Both the position numbers and the translations under genes were made by a program. Below, piece by piece: positions 52,596 to 61,856 of a stretch of DNA of 64,000 bases. Source of the stretch: Phycisphaera sp. GTDB taxonomy: Bacteria > Planctomycetota > Phycisphaerae > Phycisphaerales > UBA1924. The DNA lies in assembly GCA_025916675.1 (NCBI GenBank), contig CP098402.1, positions 55,205-119,204 on the forward strand. Direction: 5' to 3'. Position 1 is the first letter of the stretch; every line of letters starts with the position of its first letter. Under the pieces are notes generated by a model, which was given only the letters and a program-made list of their open reading frames with translations, was not told where the DNA came from and ran no database searches.

Positions 52596-53807
52596 TCAGC
52601 CGGTGGTGTTCGACAACAGGACGAACCCGTCCAGCATCACGCGGTCCTGGATGGTCCCGCCCTGGCCCTCCTCGACGCGGACCTCGAGCTCGCCGAAAGG
52701 CATGCCGGCGGGCACATCGATGGTGAAGGTCGCCTCGGGCCGCTCGCCGTGCAGCCGCTCGGTGAGTTCGGCGACCTCGCCGATCCGGACGGTCACGCCG
52801 CAGTCACCCCAGACCCGGCAGTCGTCCCGGAGCCTCGCCCGGATCGCCACGCGGCGGACGCCCGAGGGCAACGCCCATGACGCGGCCACCGGGCCAACGA
52901 GTTCCACGTCGGACGAGCCGAGCAGGATCCGATTCGGGTCTCCCACCACCGGCGGGAGCGTCCATCCGGCCAGTTCTGTCCACTTCGGGGTGCCCAGATC
53001 GGCCAGCGGCCGGACGCCGCCGCTCTCGAAGGCCACCGCCAGCACCTCGTTCATGGTGAGGGGCACCAGCATCTGGTGGTCGTTGCCCAGGGGCTGGCCC
53101 AGATCCAATTCGACGCCATCGGGCACGGTCTCGATGCCATTCGCAGCCACGATCGATCCGTCGCTGAGCCACACACGCGAGCCGGCATGCTCGGCATCGG
53201 GGTTGGCCAGCGTGATCGACGAGATCGCCGTCAGCTCGAACGTGCGTGATTGCCCGTCCACGTCCAGCACGACGTCGGGCCAGACCCGCTCAAGCAGGCC
53301 GCGTGGGCGGTCGCCATTGGCCAGCACCAGCACGTCATTCAGTTCGTCGTACTTGGCGGGCGTCGAGTTCTCGCTCAGCACGATCCGACGCAGCGCGTCG
53401 AGCGGGACACGCAGGGTGCCCAGCAGCGGGGTGCTCCACGCCAGCCCGATGTCTCCCGTCGCTTCCTCGAACGCGGCCGCCTCGGCGGTGCTCAGGTACA
53501 CCGGCATGCCCACGAACCGCTGCCCGTCGGCCAGCTCGATCCACGAATCCCGCGGCCGGGGCGCGACGCCGCTGGGCTCCACGAGCGCCACGACCGACCC
53601 GTCGAGTGCCATGCTCTGGGTCTGGCCGCCGCGCTCGTACGAGATCCGCCCTTCCTCGAAACGCACCTCGGTCACGAGCTGGCGTCCGAGCTCCGAGTCG
53701 ATCACGACGCGATCGGGCGACGCCTGGCCGCGCACGCTCGGAACGGCCGCGAGCAGCGCAATACTCGAAGCAATGAACAGCCGTGATGGACTCGTGCGTT
53801 GGCTCAT
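52596..53807 (-). CDS. Secreted hypothetical protein
   Basis: Start ATG 53807. Signal MSQRTSPSRLFIASSIALLAAVPSVRGQ. About 400-aa beta-rich body with no motif recognised. Same strand, downstream of the prenyltransferase-like gene. Confidence 0.55.
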   Translation of the reverse strand: MSQRTSPSRLFIASSIALLAAVPSVRGQASPDRVVIDSELGRQLVTEVRFEEGRISYERGGQTQSMALDGSVVALVEPSGVAPRPRDSWIELADGQRFVGMPVYLSTAEAAAFEEATGDIGLAWSTPLLGTLRVPLDALRRIVLSENSTPAKYDELNDVLVLANGDRPRGLLERVWPDVVLDVDGQSRTFELTAISSITLANPDAEHAGSRVWLSDGSIVAANGIETVPDGVELDLGQPLGNDHQMLVPLTMNEVLAVAFESGGVRPLADLGTPKWTELAGWTLPPVVGDPNRILLGSSDVELVGPVAASWALPSGVRRVAIRARLRDDCRVWGDCGVTVRIGEVAELTERLHGERPEATFTIDVPAGMPFGELEVRVEEGQGGTIQDRVMLDGFVLLSNTTG

Positions 53808-53843
53808 GGACGCCCTCGTAATTCTGGTCATGCTGCTGCTGTC

Positions 53844-54878
53844 CTACTTCTGATAGATCGGCAGGTACCGCTTGGGCATTTGCAAGACGATGAGTGCCAT
53901 GGCCGTCCCATAAGCCGTCCCTACCGTGCGATCGGGCCATGCGCCGTTGCCGTCTTGCAGGTCGATCAACTCCCGCCGAGCCGCGGGCCACCACGTGCGC
54001 CACGCGTCTCCGCCGGCCAAGAACATGGCCTGCACGGCGTAATAGTGCCCGTAGTAGAAGTACCCGCGCCGCAAGCCCTGCCCCGGCAGCGCCTCGCGGA
54101 TGAGGTAGTTCACCCCCGGATCGATCGCCTCGTCGGTGAATTCGCCGGCGTAGTACAACGTGGCCACGCCCGCGGCCGACCTGGGCCACGCGCTCGACCC
54201 GTTCCGCTCCTGGTAGCGAAACCCACCGTCGGGGTTCTGGCACCGCTTGACGTAGTCCACCGCGTTGTCGATGACCTCGCTGCTCACCTCGATGCCCGCG
54301 TTCCGGGCCGAGCGCAACGCCATCACCTGGCAGATAGTGACGCTCACGTCCGCGTCGGTCGGCACGGGGTTGTACCGCCAGCCGCCCTCGTCGTTCTGCG
54401 AGCGTTCGATCAAGCGCACGGCTTTCACCAGCGCCTCGTGCAGACGCTCCCGCTGGGCCTCGTCGCCCCCGCTCATGCCGTAGACCTCGCCCAGGAACAG
54501 CGCGGCGAACCCGTGCCCGTACATCGGGCTGGGCGCCTGGTCATCGGCCAGCAGCCCGCTCTCGCCCGATCGATCGAGCACGTACTCGAGCGCCTTGCGG
54601 ATGACCTCTCCGTGCTGCCCACGGTCGGGCATCTGCCCGTCGGCCATGAACGCGAGGGCCGCCAGCGACGTGACCGCGATCCCGCGTCCCCACGCGCCGT
54701 CGCCGAACGACCCGTCGGGGTTCTGCTGGCTGGCCAGGAACGTGAGCCCGAGCGCCACGCTCTCGTCGAGCTCGGGCGTGATCTCCACCATCGGGTCGGC
54801 GGGCACCGGGGCTTCCTGCGCCAGAGCCGCCACGCCGCACAGCGCCACCATCGCCAACACACACGCCACTCGTTTCAA
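53844..54878 (-). CDS. Secreted prenyltransferase/squalene-oxidase-repeat (alpha/alpha-toroid) protein
   Basis: Signal MKRVACVLAMVALCGVAALAQ. Repeated QW-like motifs LASQQNPDGSFG, ERSQNDEGGWRY, KRCQNPDGGFRY, LQDGNGAWPD. Start overlaps the upstream stop. Confidence 0.7.
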   Translation of the reverse strand: MKRVACVLAMVALCGVAALAQEAPVPADPMVEITPELDESVALGLTFLASQQNPDGSFGDGAWGRGIAVTSLAALAFMADGQMPDRGQHGEVIRKALEYVLDRSGESGLLADDQAPSPMYGHGFAALFLGEVYGMSGGDEAQRERLHEALVKAVRLIERSQNDEGGWRYNPVPTDADVSVTICQVMALRSARNAGIEVSSEVIDNAVDYVKRCQNPDGGFRYQERNGSSAWPRSAAGVATLYYAGEFTDEAIDPGVNYLIREALPGQGLRRGYFYYGHYYAVQAMFLAGGDAWRTWWPAARRELIDLQDGNGAWPDRTVGTAYGTAMALIVLQMPKRYLPIYQK

Positions 54879-57800
54879 CGCCCAGCCTCCTCGGCCAACC
54901 GGCGGTAGTACGCCTCGGTGATCGCGCGGTACACCGCGCTGTAGGCGTCGGACGAGCCCTGCCGCAACGCCTCACGCACGCGCGGCGGCAGAGCGCCCCA
55001 CGTGGCGCCTACGGCAGCCTCGTCGCCCAGTGCCCCGCCCTGCTGCGGCCGGCCTTGCACACCTTGCGGATCGGGATTCTGCTGTGTCTCCTGCATGTCG
55101 CCCTGTTGTTGCTGTTGCTGCTGGGGGGCCTGTTGCTGTTGCTGCTGGTTCTGTTGTTGCTGTTGCTGCTGCTGTTGTTGCTGGTTCTGCTGGTTGCGGG
55201 CAGCTTCGATCAATTGGTCGAGCGCGGCAATCGCCTCTTCCTGCACACGCTGCGTTGCCAGGCCAGTCTCGCGATCGCCATCGAGCCGCGTCGACGCCCG
55301 CTCCATCAGGTCGACAGCACGCAGGAACGCGCCCGCCAGCCCGCCCTCGAGTTCGCGTTCGAGGTCGCCGTCGGGCCGCTCGCTGACATCGCCGGGGTTG
55401 GTGATGCCGAGCAACTCGTCGAGCGTGGGCTCATCGCCACTCTGCTGGGGCTCGCTCTGCTCAGGCTCGCTTGGCTGCGTGTCCTGCTCCTGCATACCAA
55501 AACCCAGCGGCCACCGCGGCGCCGCGCCGGCGGGGTCTTGCTGCCCAGATTGCTCGTTCAAGCGCTGCACGAGCTCGCTGGCCGCCTCGCTCAACTCACG
55601 CTGCAAGAGCCCCGCGTCCTCGATCCGTTCGGGCCCGAGCACGCCGTCGTCGATCGCCCGCGTCATCTGCGCCGCCTCGACCTGCATGGTCCGAAGCAAC
55701 AGAAGCTCGGCCATCGGCGGCACGACGCCCTCTTCTTCTCCCTGCTGGCCGGGCTGGCCCGAGCCCTGGTTGCCGCCCTCGTTCGCGTCGGCGAACTCCC
55801 GCTCGCCGCGCTGCGTGCTGCTGTCGAGCGCCTCGATCAGCCCGCGCAGCACCGCGATGATCGTGTCCTGCGAGTACAGCGTGTCGCCCGACACCGTGCC
55901 GCCCTCGAGCAAATCGCTCGCCCGCTCGGCCGCGCGATCGATGCGATCGTGCGCGAGCCGGAACGCCGTCGCCTCGTCGAGGCCCTCGGTGCTCTTGCGC
56001 ACGTCGTCGAGCTCGGCGTGTAGCTTCTTCTGCCGCCCACCCAGGCGGCGCACCAGGATCTGCTGCCGCCGCGACAGCTCCTGGTCGGCGTACGACGCGG
56101 TCTCGTCGCGCAGGGTCGCCTGGGCGGCCAGCGCCTCGGCATAGGCCTTGCGCAGCTCCTGCCGCTGGCGTTGCAGCTCGCGCTGGCGGGCCTGCTCGTC
56201 GAGCACCCGAGCCTCGTCGAGTGCGGCTTGCAGGTGCTCCAGGCTCTCACGCTCTCGCAACAAGGCCTCGGCGTCGTCGAGCGGGTTCGACCGCAGCGCG
56301 ACGATCGACGCGTCCTGCGACTCGGCCGCATCCAGCAGCTTGCGTGCGATCCCGGCCAGCGCTTCGTCGCCCGCGGCCCGATCCTGGGCCAGCGCCGCCG
56401 TGTCACGCGAGATGCCGATCATCGCCACGTCGAGCCCGTCGAACGTGCGCGCCGCCTGCGCCGCTTCGAGGCGGTTGATCTCGGTCTCCTGCCGCGCGAT
56501 CAACGCCTCGATCGCCGCCGAAAGCTCGGCCAGCACGCGCCGCAGTTCCTTGTCGCGGTCCTGCCCGGCCTCGTCCAGCCGCTCGGTCACGTCCTCGAGC
56601 GCGTCGAGCGCCCGCTGCTGGCTCTGCTGGGCCGACGACATCTGGTTCTGCTCGGCCTGCTGGGCGGCCTGTTGCATCTCACGCGGGGCCTCGCCCTCGC
56701 GCCCGCGCTCGGCCGCCTCGCGCAGCGTCTCGGCGCGAGCCGGATCGCTCTCGGCGATCGCCTCGGCCCGGTCGGCGAGCTGGTCGAGCGCCTCCTGGGC
56801 GCGTCTCGCAAGCTCGGCCTGGCGCTGGGCGATCTGCTCCACGCGCGAGCGGTCCTCGGGCGAGAGCTGGTCGAGCGACTGGCCGGCGGTCTGCGTCTCG
56901 GCCTGGGCCGTTTGTTCCTGGAGTTCACGCTGCTGCTCGATCAACCGATCGAGGTCACGCCGCGCGAGCCACTCGTCCTCGTCGCGCGAGAGTAATCCGA
57001 CTAATCCACCCAACTCGTCACGAACCCGCTCTTGCGCGCGCTCGGCGGCCTCTCGGGCCCGCTGCTGCTCGTCCTCGCTCTGCGCCCGGCCCGATTGCCC
57101 GAGCGACGCCTCGGCCCGGTCCGATTGCTCGGCCGCCGCGTTCAGGTGCTCCTCGGCCAGCCGCAAGAGCTCGTCGAGTTCCTGGTCGTCCAGCGCGTTG
57201 CGCTCGGCCCGCTCGGCCACCTCGCGCACCGTCTCAGCCTGGCGGGAGAGCTGGCTGGTCAGGTCACCCTGATCGCGCGCCAGGTCGCCGTCATCGTCGG
57301 TGTTGCGGGCCTCGCCAAGCTGGGCCGCCCCATCGAGCACGTCGCCCTGGGCGCGATCGAGGCGCTTGGCGCTCTCGCGCACGGCGGCCATCTCGGCGCG
57401 CAACTGGTCGACGAGTTCGCTCTCGCCGATGATCCGGATCCGACGCGTGGCCGACTCGACCGCCTTGCCGCCACGGAGGTCGGCGGCCAGCGCGGTCACG
57501 AGCAACTCATCACCCGGATCCAGGTCGAATCGTGTCAGTTCGACGACCGCCGCCGCGCGCGCTTCGAGGGGGGCGGTTGTGTCGCTCCATCGAGCAAGCT
57601 CCATGGTCTCGCCCACCGGCTCGGGCGGCGCACCCTGGCTGCCCGCGGGCGGCGTCGCGCGTTCGGCAACCAGCACCACCGAGACCAGCCCAAAATCGTC
57701 ACGGCCTTCGCCCACCATCGGCAGCGTGGCCGTCGGCAGCACCGACTCATCCTGCGCCGGTTCCAGCACGGCCACCGTCGGATCGGCGTCGGCCAGCACG

Positions 57801-59092
57801 TCCAGGGCGATCACCAGCGGCCGCCTGGACGTGATGCCAAGCTCGTCACCGAGTTCGATTGAGAGCGATGCCGGCGTGGATGCTTCGAGCCGAACCACAG
57901 CACCGAGGCCGTCGGCCATGGGCTCGATGCTCACGTTTTGTTCGCTTCCTGTGCCGTCGGAGACGCCCATCGAGAGGTCGGGCGTCGCGGCCGTGTTGAA
58001 TCGCAGGTCGATCTCGACCACCGAGCCGGCCAGCACCGGGCCCAGCACGGCGGTATCCTCTCCGCCCAAAGCCAGTGGCATGCGTTCGCTCTGGCGGCCA
58101 AGCCCCAGCACGCGCGCGCCCGAGGCGTCCTGGGCGTAGGCCGGCGGTTCGACACGCGCGCTGGCTTGGATCACGCGAGGCGGCCGCACAAGTTCGATCG
58201 TCGTGGTGTCGGTCCGGTCGTCGCTGGTCTCCAGCCACAACTCCATCGTCACGCGCTGGGTCTGCCGCAGCGCTTCGGCGGCCGGATTGACCAAGCGCTC
58301 GAACACTTCGGGGCCCGCGTTGCTGGCGGGATCGCCCTGGCTGGTGAGCGCGAGCTTCTGGGGCGCTCCGCCGTCGAGGCGGTACCACGCCTCGACGCGC
58401 GTGCGGCCGACCGGCCGATCGGTGCGTGTCAGCAGGCCACGGATAGCGATCGGATCGCCCAGCGGGTGGAACCTCGGCAGTTCGGCGAGTTCTACGGCCG
58501 TCCGCGACGGCCACTTCACACCGGTCCACGGCGCGAGCACGCGCGTGGCGCCCAGCCTGGCCATGTCGGGTTGCATGCCGGCGTACGTCGCGATCGACGC
58601 GACGACCAGCAGGCACACGCCAAGGGCGCGGAGCGTGGGCGGGCGCTTCATCAGGTCGGGCAGCGAGTCACGCGAGAGGTTGTCCAGCAATGGCTCGTAT
58701 CGCGGCTCGAGCGTGCCGCTGCGGGCAAGATCGGTCGCGCTGGCCAGCCGCCCCTTCAGGTCGGGCCGGCCGCTCTCGAGTCGTAGCGCGACATCGGTCA
58801 GGCTCGGGCTCATCCGCAACGCGGGCCACACAAACTGCACCAGCGCCCAGCCGCCGCCGGCGAGGGCCCCGAAGAGCGCCGCGTAGCGCACCCATTGGGG
58901 CAGCCGGGCCGCGAAGTCGAACAGGCCCACCAGCGCCAATCCCGCGAGCACCGCCGCGATCGTCCAGCCCAGACGACGCGAGACCAGCAGCAGCCTCGCC
59001 TCACGCCGGATCCGCGACAGGCGGCCCAGCAGCTTCCTGGCGCTTGCGTGTCCGGTTTGCGTGCTGGCCATGGCGTGGGCTCCGCGGGGCAA
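54875..59092 (-). CDS. Giant (1405-aa) membrane-anchored coiled-coil protein, DUF4175-like
   Basis: N-terminal TM pair (LGWTIAAVLAGLALVGLFDFAA…YAALFGALAGGGWALVQFVW), as I remember for DUF4175/TIGR02302. Beta-rich middle section. About 600 aa of Ala/Glu/Arg/Gln coiled-coil. A poly-Gln tract near the C-terminus. Confidence 0.7.
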   Translation of the reverse strand: MPRGAHAMASTQTGHASARKLLGRLSRIRREARLLLVSRRLGWTIAAVLAGLALVGLFDFAARLPQWVRYAALFGALAGGGWALVQFVWPALRMSPSLTDVALRLESGRPDLKGRLASATDLARSGTLEPRYEPLLDNLSRDSLPDLMKRPPTLRALGVCLLVVASIATYAGMQPDMARLGATRVLAPWTGVKWPSRTAVELAELPRFHPLGDPIAIRGLLTRTDRPVGRTRVEAWYRLDGGAPQKLALTSQGDPASNAGPEVFERLVNPAAEALRQTQRVTMELWLETSDDRTDTTTIELVRPPRVIQASARVEPPAYAQDASGARVLGLGRQSERMPLALGGEDTAVLGPVLAGSVVEIDLRFNTAATPDLSMGVSDGTGSEQNVSIEPMADGLGAVVRLEASTPASLSIELGDELGITSRRPLVIALDVLADADPTVAVLEPAQDESVLPTATLPMVGEGRDDFGLVSVVLVAERATPPAGSQGAPPEPVGETMELARWSDTTAPLEARAAAVVELTRFDLDPGDELLVTALAADLRGGKAVESATRRIRIIGESELVDQLRAEMAAVRESAKRLDRAQGDVLDGAAQLGEARNTDDDGDLARDQGDLTSQLSRQAETVREVAERAERNALDDQELDELLRLAEEHLNAAAEQSDRAEASLGQSGRAQSEDEQQRAREAAERAQERVRDELGGLVGLLSRDEDEWLARRDLDRLIEQQRELQEQTAQAETQTAGQSLDQLSPEDRSRVEQIAQRQAELARRAQEALDQLADRAEAIAESDPARAETLREAAERGREGEAPREMQQAAQQAEQNQMSSAQQSQQRALDALEDVTERLDEAGQDRDKELRRVLAELSAAIEALIARQETEINRLEAAQAARTFDGLDVAMIGISRDTAALAQDRAAGDEALAGIARKLLDAAESQDASIVALRSNPLDDAEALLRERESLEHLQAALDEARVLDEQARQRELQRQRQELRKAYAEALAAQATLRDETASYADQELSRRQQILVRRLGGRQKKLHAELDDVRKSTEGLDEATAFRLAHDRIDRAAERASDLLEGGTVSGDTLYSQDTIIAVLRGLIEALDSSTQRGEREFADANEGGNQGSGQPGQQGEEEGVVPPMAELLLLRTMQVEAAQMTRAIDDGVLGPERIEDAGLLQRELSEAASELVQRLNEQSGQQDPAGAAPRWPLGFGMQEQDTQPSEPEQSEPQQSGDEPTLDELLGITNPGDVSERPDGDLERELEGGLAGAFLRAVDLMERASTRLDGDRETGLATQRVQEEAIAALDQLIEAARNQQNQQQQQQQQQQQNQQQQQQAPQQQQQQQGDMQETQQNPDPQGVQGRPQQGGALGDEAAVGATWGALPPRVREALRQGSSDAYSAVYRAITEAYYRRLAEEAGR
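55102..55194 (-). repeat. CAG/CAA (poly-Gln) microsatellite-like tract inside the giant ORF
   Basis: The + strand reads CTGTTGTTGCTGTTGCTGCTG…, encoding NQQNQQQQQQQQQQQNQQQQQQAPQQQQQQQ on the minus strand. Confidence 0.85.
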
Positions 59093-59205
59093 AGAGGCGT
59101 CTACGACAGGCTATCGGCTCGACCGGCGCCCGCCTGACAAGGGCGCGATCTATAAGGGATACGTCCCAACCCCCGGCCCGTTGCGATCGGCCGGTCACGG
59201 GTTTG

Positions 59206-59940
59206 TCACCAGGACTCCCGGGCGGCCATCACGAACCCGCTGGCCGCTACGACCGAGGCCGTGCCGATGCGGAGCACGTGCGGCCCCAGGCCCACGGTGG
59301 CCAACCCGGCATCCCGGGCCATGCTTCGCTCCTGGTCCGAAAAGCCGCCCTCGGGGCCCACCAGCACGTGGATGCCCCGCGACCACGTCTCCGACGGAGC
59401 ATCAGCAAGAACCCGCGTGGGCGTGGCTCCCCCCGCATCCGCCAGCACGGCCCCTGGCAGCGTGATGGCGTCCTCGAAGGCGACGCCGTCGGCCAATTCG
59501 AGATACCAGGGCCGGCCGCACTGCTTGGCGGCCTCCCGGGTGATCCTGGCGAGGCGATCCATCTTGGCCTGCTTGGGCTGACGCTCGGTGCGCTGGGTTT
59601 CCAGCGGCCGCCAGCTCGCCGCCCCGGCCTGGCTGAGCTCGTCGATCATGGTTTCCATCAGGTCGCCCTTGGGAGCCGGGCACAGGATGTTGACCTCGGG
59701 GCTCGGGCGCGGGTGCTCGCGATGCCGGGTAATCCCGACCAGGAGTCTCCACGAGTGTTGGGGTCCATTTTTATCGGTACCGTCGATCACCGCCTCGGCC
59801 GTGCGGCCGGCACCATCCATCAGAATGAGGGGCTCCCCTGATTCCATCCTGCGGACTCGGATTGCGTGGCGGGCTTGCTCGCCCTCGATGGCCATCTCGG
59901 TCTGGGCCGGGTCGAGGGTGTCGACGATGAGGTGGTGCAT
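59206..59940 (-). CDS. rsmE: 16S rRNA (uracil1498-N3)-methyltransferase
   Basis: 244 aa. N-terminal PUA-like (EGEQARHAIRVRRMESGEPLILMDGAG), and SPOUT knot motifs (VLVGPEGGFSDQE, LGPHVLRIGTASV). Confidence 0.8.
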   Translation of the reverse strand: MHHLIVDTLDPAQTEMAIEGEQARHAIRVRRMESGEPLILMDGAGRTAEAVIDGTDKNGPQHSWRLLVGITRHREHPRPSPEVNILCPAPKGDLMETMIDELSQAGAASWRPLETQRTERQPKQAKMDRLARITREAAKQCGRPWYLELADGVAFEDAITLPGAVLADAGGATPTRVLADAPSETWSRGIHVLVGPEGGFSDQERSMARDAGLATVGLGPHVLRIGTASVVAASGFVMAARESW

Positions 59941-60041
59941 GTCGGGGCTCTATGGTTGTGAACTTGGGTTCTCGGACGGGAAGTTGGGCAGGTCCGAGAT
60001 CTTCAGTCGGGGTCCGATTCGGTCGATGAACGCTGCGGCCT

Positions 60042-61325
60042 ATGGCACGACAAGCCGAGGACATCTCGAAGATCGAGGATATCGGCGAGCGGCTCGATGC
60101 CCTGCTTGATGCGCTGGAGACTTCGTCGAGTGAGGTGGCCCGCGTGGGTTCGGCCCTCGACAAGCCGCTGGCCGAGTTGCTGGCCGAAGAACCGGCCGCC
60201 AAGCCGGACCCGAAACCAGAATCCCCCACGCCGGTCGCGCCAGAGCCGGAAACCGAAGCCGAGCCCGAGCCCGAGCCTGAAGCCGAAGCCGAAGCAGAGG
60301 TGGCCGAGCCAGAGGTCCAGCCCGAGCCGACTGCCGAGGCCGAGGTGGTCGACGAACCCGAATCGGTTGTCGAGGAGGCGAACGCGCCAGAGCCTGTGGC
60401 GGACGCCGAGCCCGAGCAAGAAGTCGAATCCCAACCCGAGGGTGTCGATCCCAAACCTGAATCCGAGCCCGAGGTTGGAGCCGCATCCGAGCCCGCGTCT
60501 GAAGCTGAGGCTGCCGGAGACGACACCCAGCTCGATGATGGTTTGCTGATCGAGCCCGAGCGCTACGAGAAGCCGCCCACCGACGACATCGACGGCGCGC
60601 CGGTAGGCCCGTTGAATCTGGAAGAAGAACTCGACGAGGAGCTCGAGTCGCTGCTAGCTTCAGGCGAGTTCGAGGATCCGCTGGCCGAGATGGGTGTCGA
60701 CGAGTCGGCCGAGCCGCTCGAATTACCCGAAGAGTCGCTCCAAGATGCCGAAGACTCGCTGTTGCGGGCTGATGCTCTGGCCGAGCCCGAAGACCGCTCG
60801 CCGAACCTGCCGACCGATGAAGCGGAACTGATCGGCGAGCTCGACGAGCAACTCGCGGCTCTGGCCGACGCGCAGCTAGCCGAGGGCGACCAGCCCGAGC
60901 CGGTCGCCGCGAGCGAATCCGTCGAGACGCCCCAAGCCGAGTCGGCTCCGGCACCCTCCGCCGCCGTCCCCGAACAGGCGAAGGCCGAGCCCGCCCCCGA
61001 GCCCGAGATCGTGACAAAGCCGGTCGCGCCTGCGCCCCATCCAAAGCAGGGCTGGAAGCTGCACGCCGAGCGTGCGATACGGGTTGCGAAGCCGGTTGCC
61101 GAGAAGGCGATGGTGCGAGCGGGCACGCTGGCCGTGGCGGGCGCGACTCGTGCGAGTGCGCCGTTGAAGGACAAGCCGCACGTGAAGCAGATTGTCGGGT
61201 GGGTTGGTCTGGTGCAGGCGTTCCTGGCCGGGTGCGTGTGGACGTATCTGGTGTTGTGGCACAATCCGCCCCAGCCTCCGCCCGAGACGCCTCAGCCGAC
61301 GATCGTTGCGCCGAGTGAGGGGTGA
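60042..61325 (+). CDS. Highly acidic Pro/Glu/Ala-repeat protein with C-terminal TM segment
   Basis: 427 aa. [30 protein letters not shown]-type low complexity. C-terminal hydrophobic helix ([23 protein letters not shown]). GC3 bias favours this strand over the Ser/Arg/Pro-rich antisense ORFs. Confidence 0.55.
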   Translation: MARQAEDISKIEDIGERLDALLDALETSSSEVARVGSALDKPLAELLAEEPAAKPDPKPESPTPVAPEPETEAEPEPEPEAEAEAEVAEPEVQPEPTAEAEVVDEPESVVEEANAPEPVADAEPEQEVESQPEGVDPKPESEPEVGAASEPASEAEAAGDDTQLDDGLLIEPERYEKPPTDDIDGAPVGPLNLEEELDEELESLLASGEFEDPLAEMGVDESAEPLELPEESLQDAEDSLLRADALAEPEDRSPNLPTDEAELIGELDEQLAALADAQLAEGDQPEPVAASESVETPQAESAPAPSAAVPEQAKAEPAPEPEIVTKPVAPAPHPKQGWKLHAERAIRVAKPVAEKAMVRAGTLAVAGATRASAPLKDKPHVKQIVGWVGLVQAFLAGCVWTYLVLWHNPPQPPPETPQPTIVAPSEG

Positions 61326-61366
61326 TGGTTGGCGTGCTCACGTACGCGGCTCGGCTGGGATCTGAC

Positions 61367-61798
61367 TTAGGTCAGCTTGGTGCGGATGTGGTTCGCGCCG
61401 GTGATGGTCTTGTGCACCGGGCACTTGTCGGCGATCTCGGTCAGCCGTGAGCGTTGCTCGTCGGTCAGGTCGCCATGGGCCGAGAGCGTGCACTCGATCA
61501 CGCTGATAATGCCATCTTCTTGCTCGCAGTCTTCGCAGTCCTTGGCGTGCTGGCGTTGGTGGCTCAGGTCGATCTCGAGCCGGTCGAGCGGCCATCCCTT
61601 GCGGTCGGCGTACATGCGGACGGTGATCGCCTTGCACGCGCCCAGGGCCGAGAGCAGCAGGGCGTAGGGATCGGGCCCGTCGTCGGTGCCGCCCACGCTC
61701 TTGGGCTCGTCGGCCACCAGCGTGTGCCCGCCGGCGGTGATGTCGGTGTGGTAGTGGTCCTTGCCGATGCTGACACGAACGACGCGAGGCTCTGCCAT
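61367..61798 (-). CDS. OsmC/Ohr-family peroxiredoxin-like protein
   Basis: 143 aa. GGTDDGPDPYALLLSALGACKAITVRMYA and …IADKCPVHKTI carry the two conserved Cys contexts of the OsmC family. Confidence 0.8.
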   Translation of the reverse strand: MAEPRVVRVSIGKDHYHTDITAGGHTLVADEPKSVGGTDDGPDPYALLLSALGACKAITVRMYADRKGWPLDRLEIDLSHQRQHAKDCEDCEQEDGIISVIECTLSAHGDLTDEQRSRLTEIADKCPVHKTITGANHIRTKLT

Positions 61799-61856
61799 GG
61801 ATGTTCTCCTTGGCAGAGCCTACGTGCTCGGGCGGGTCAGCGTTGTTGTGGCTCGT

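Noticed and set aside
60040-61341. 433-aa minus-strand ORF (and 59771..60526, 60563..61264) antisense to the acidic repeat protein.
   Set aside because: Ser/Arg/Pro/Ala-rich readings of GAG/GCC/CCG repeats. The + frame has better codon bias, a structured N-terminus and a C-terminal TM helix. The strand choice remains only moderately confident.
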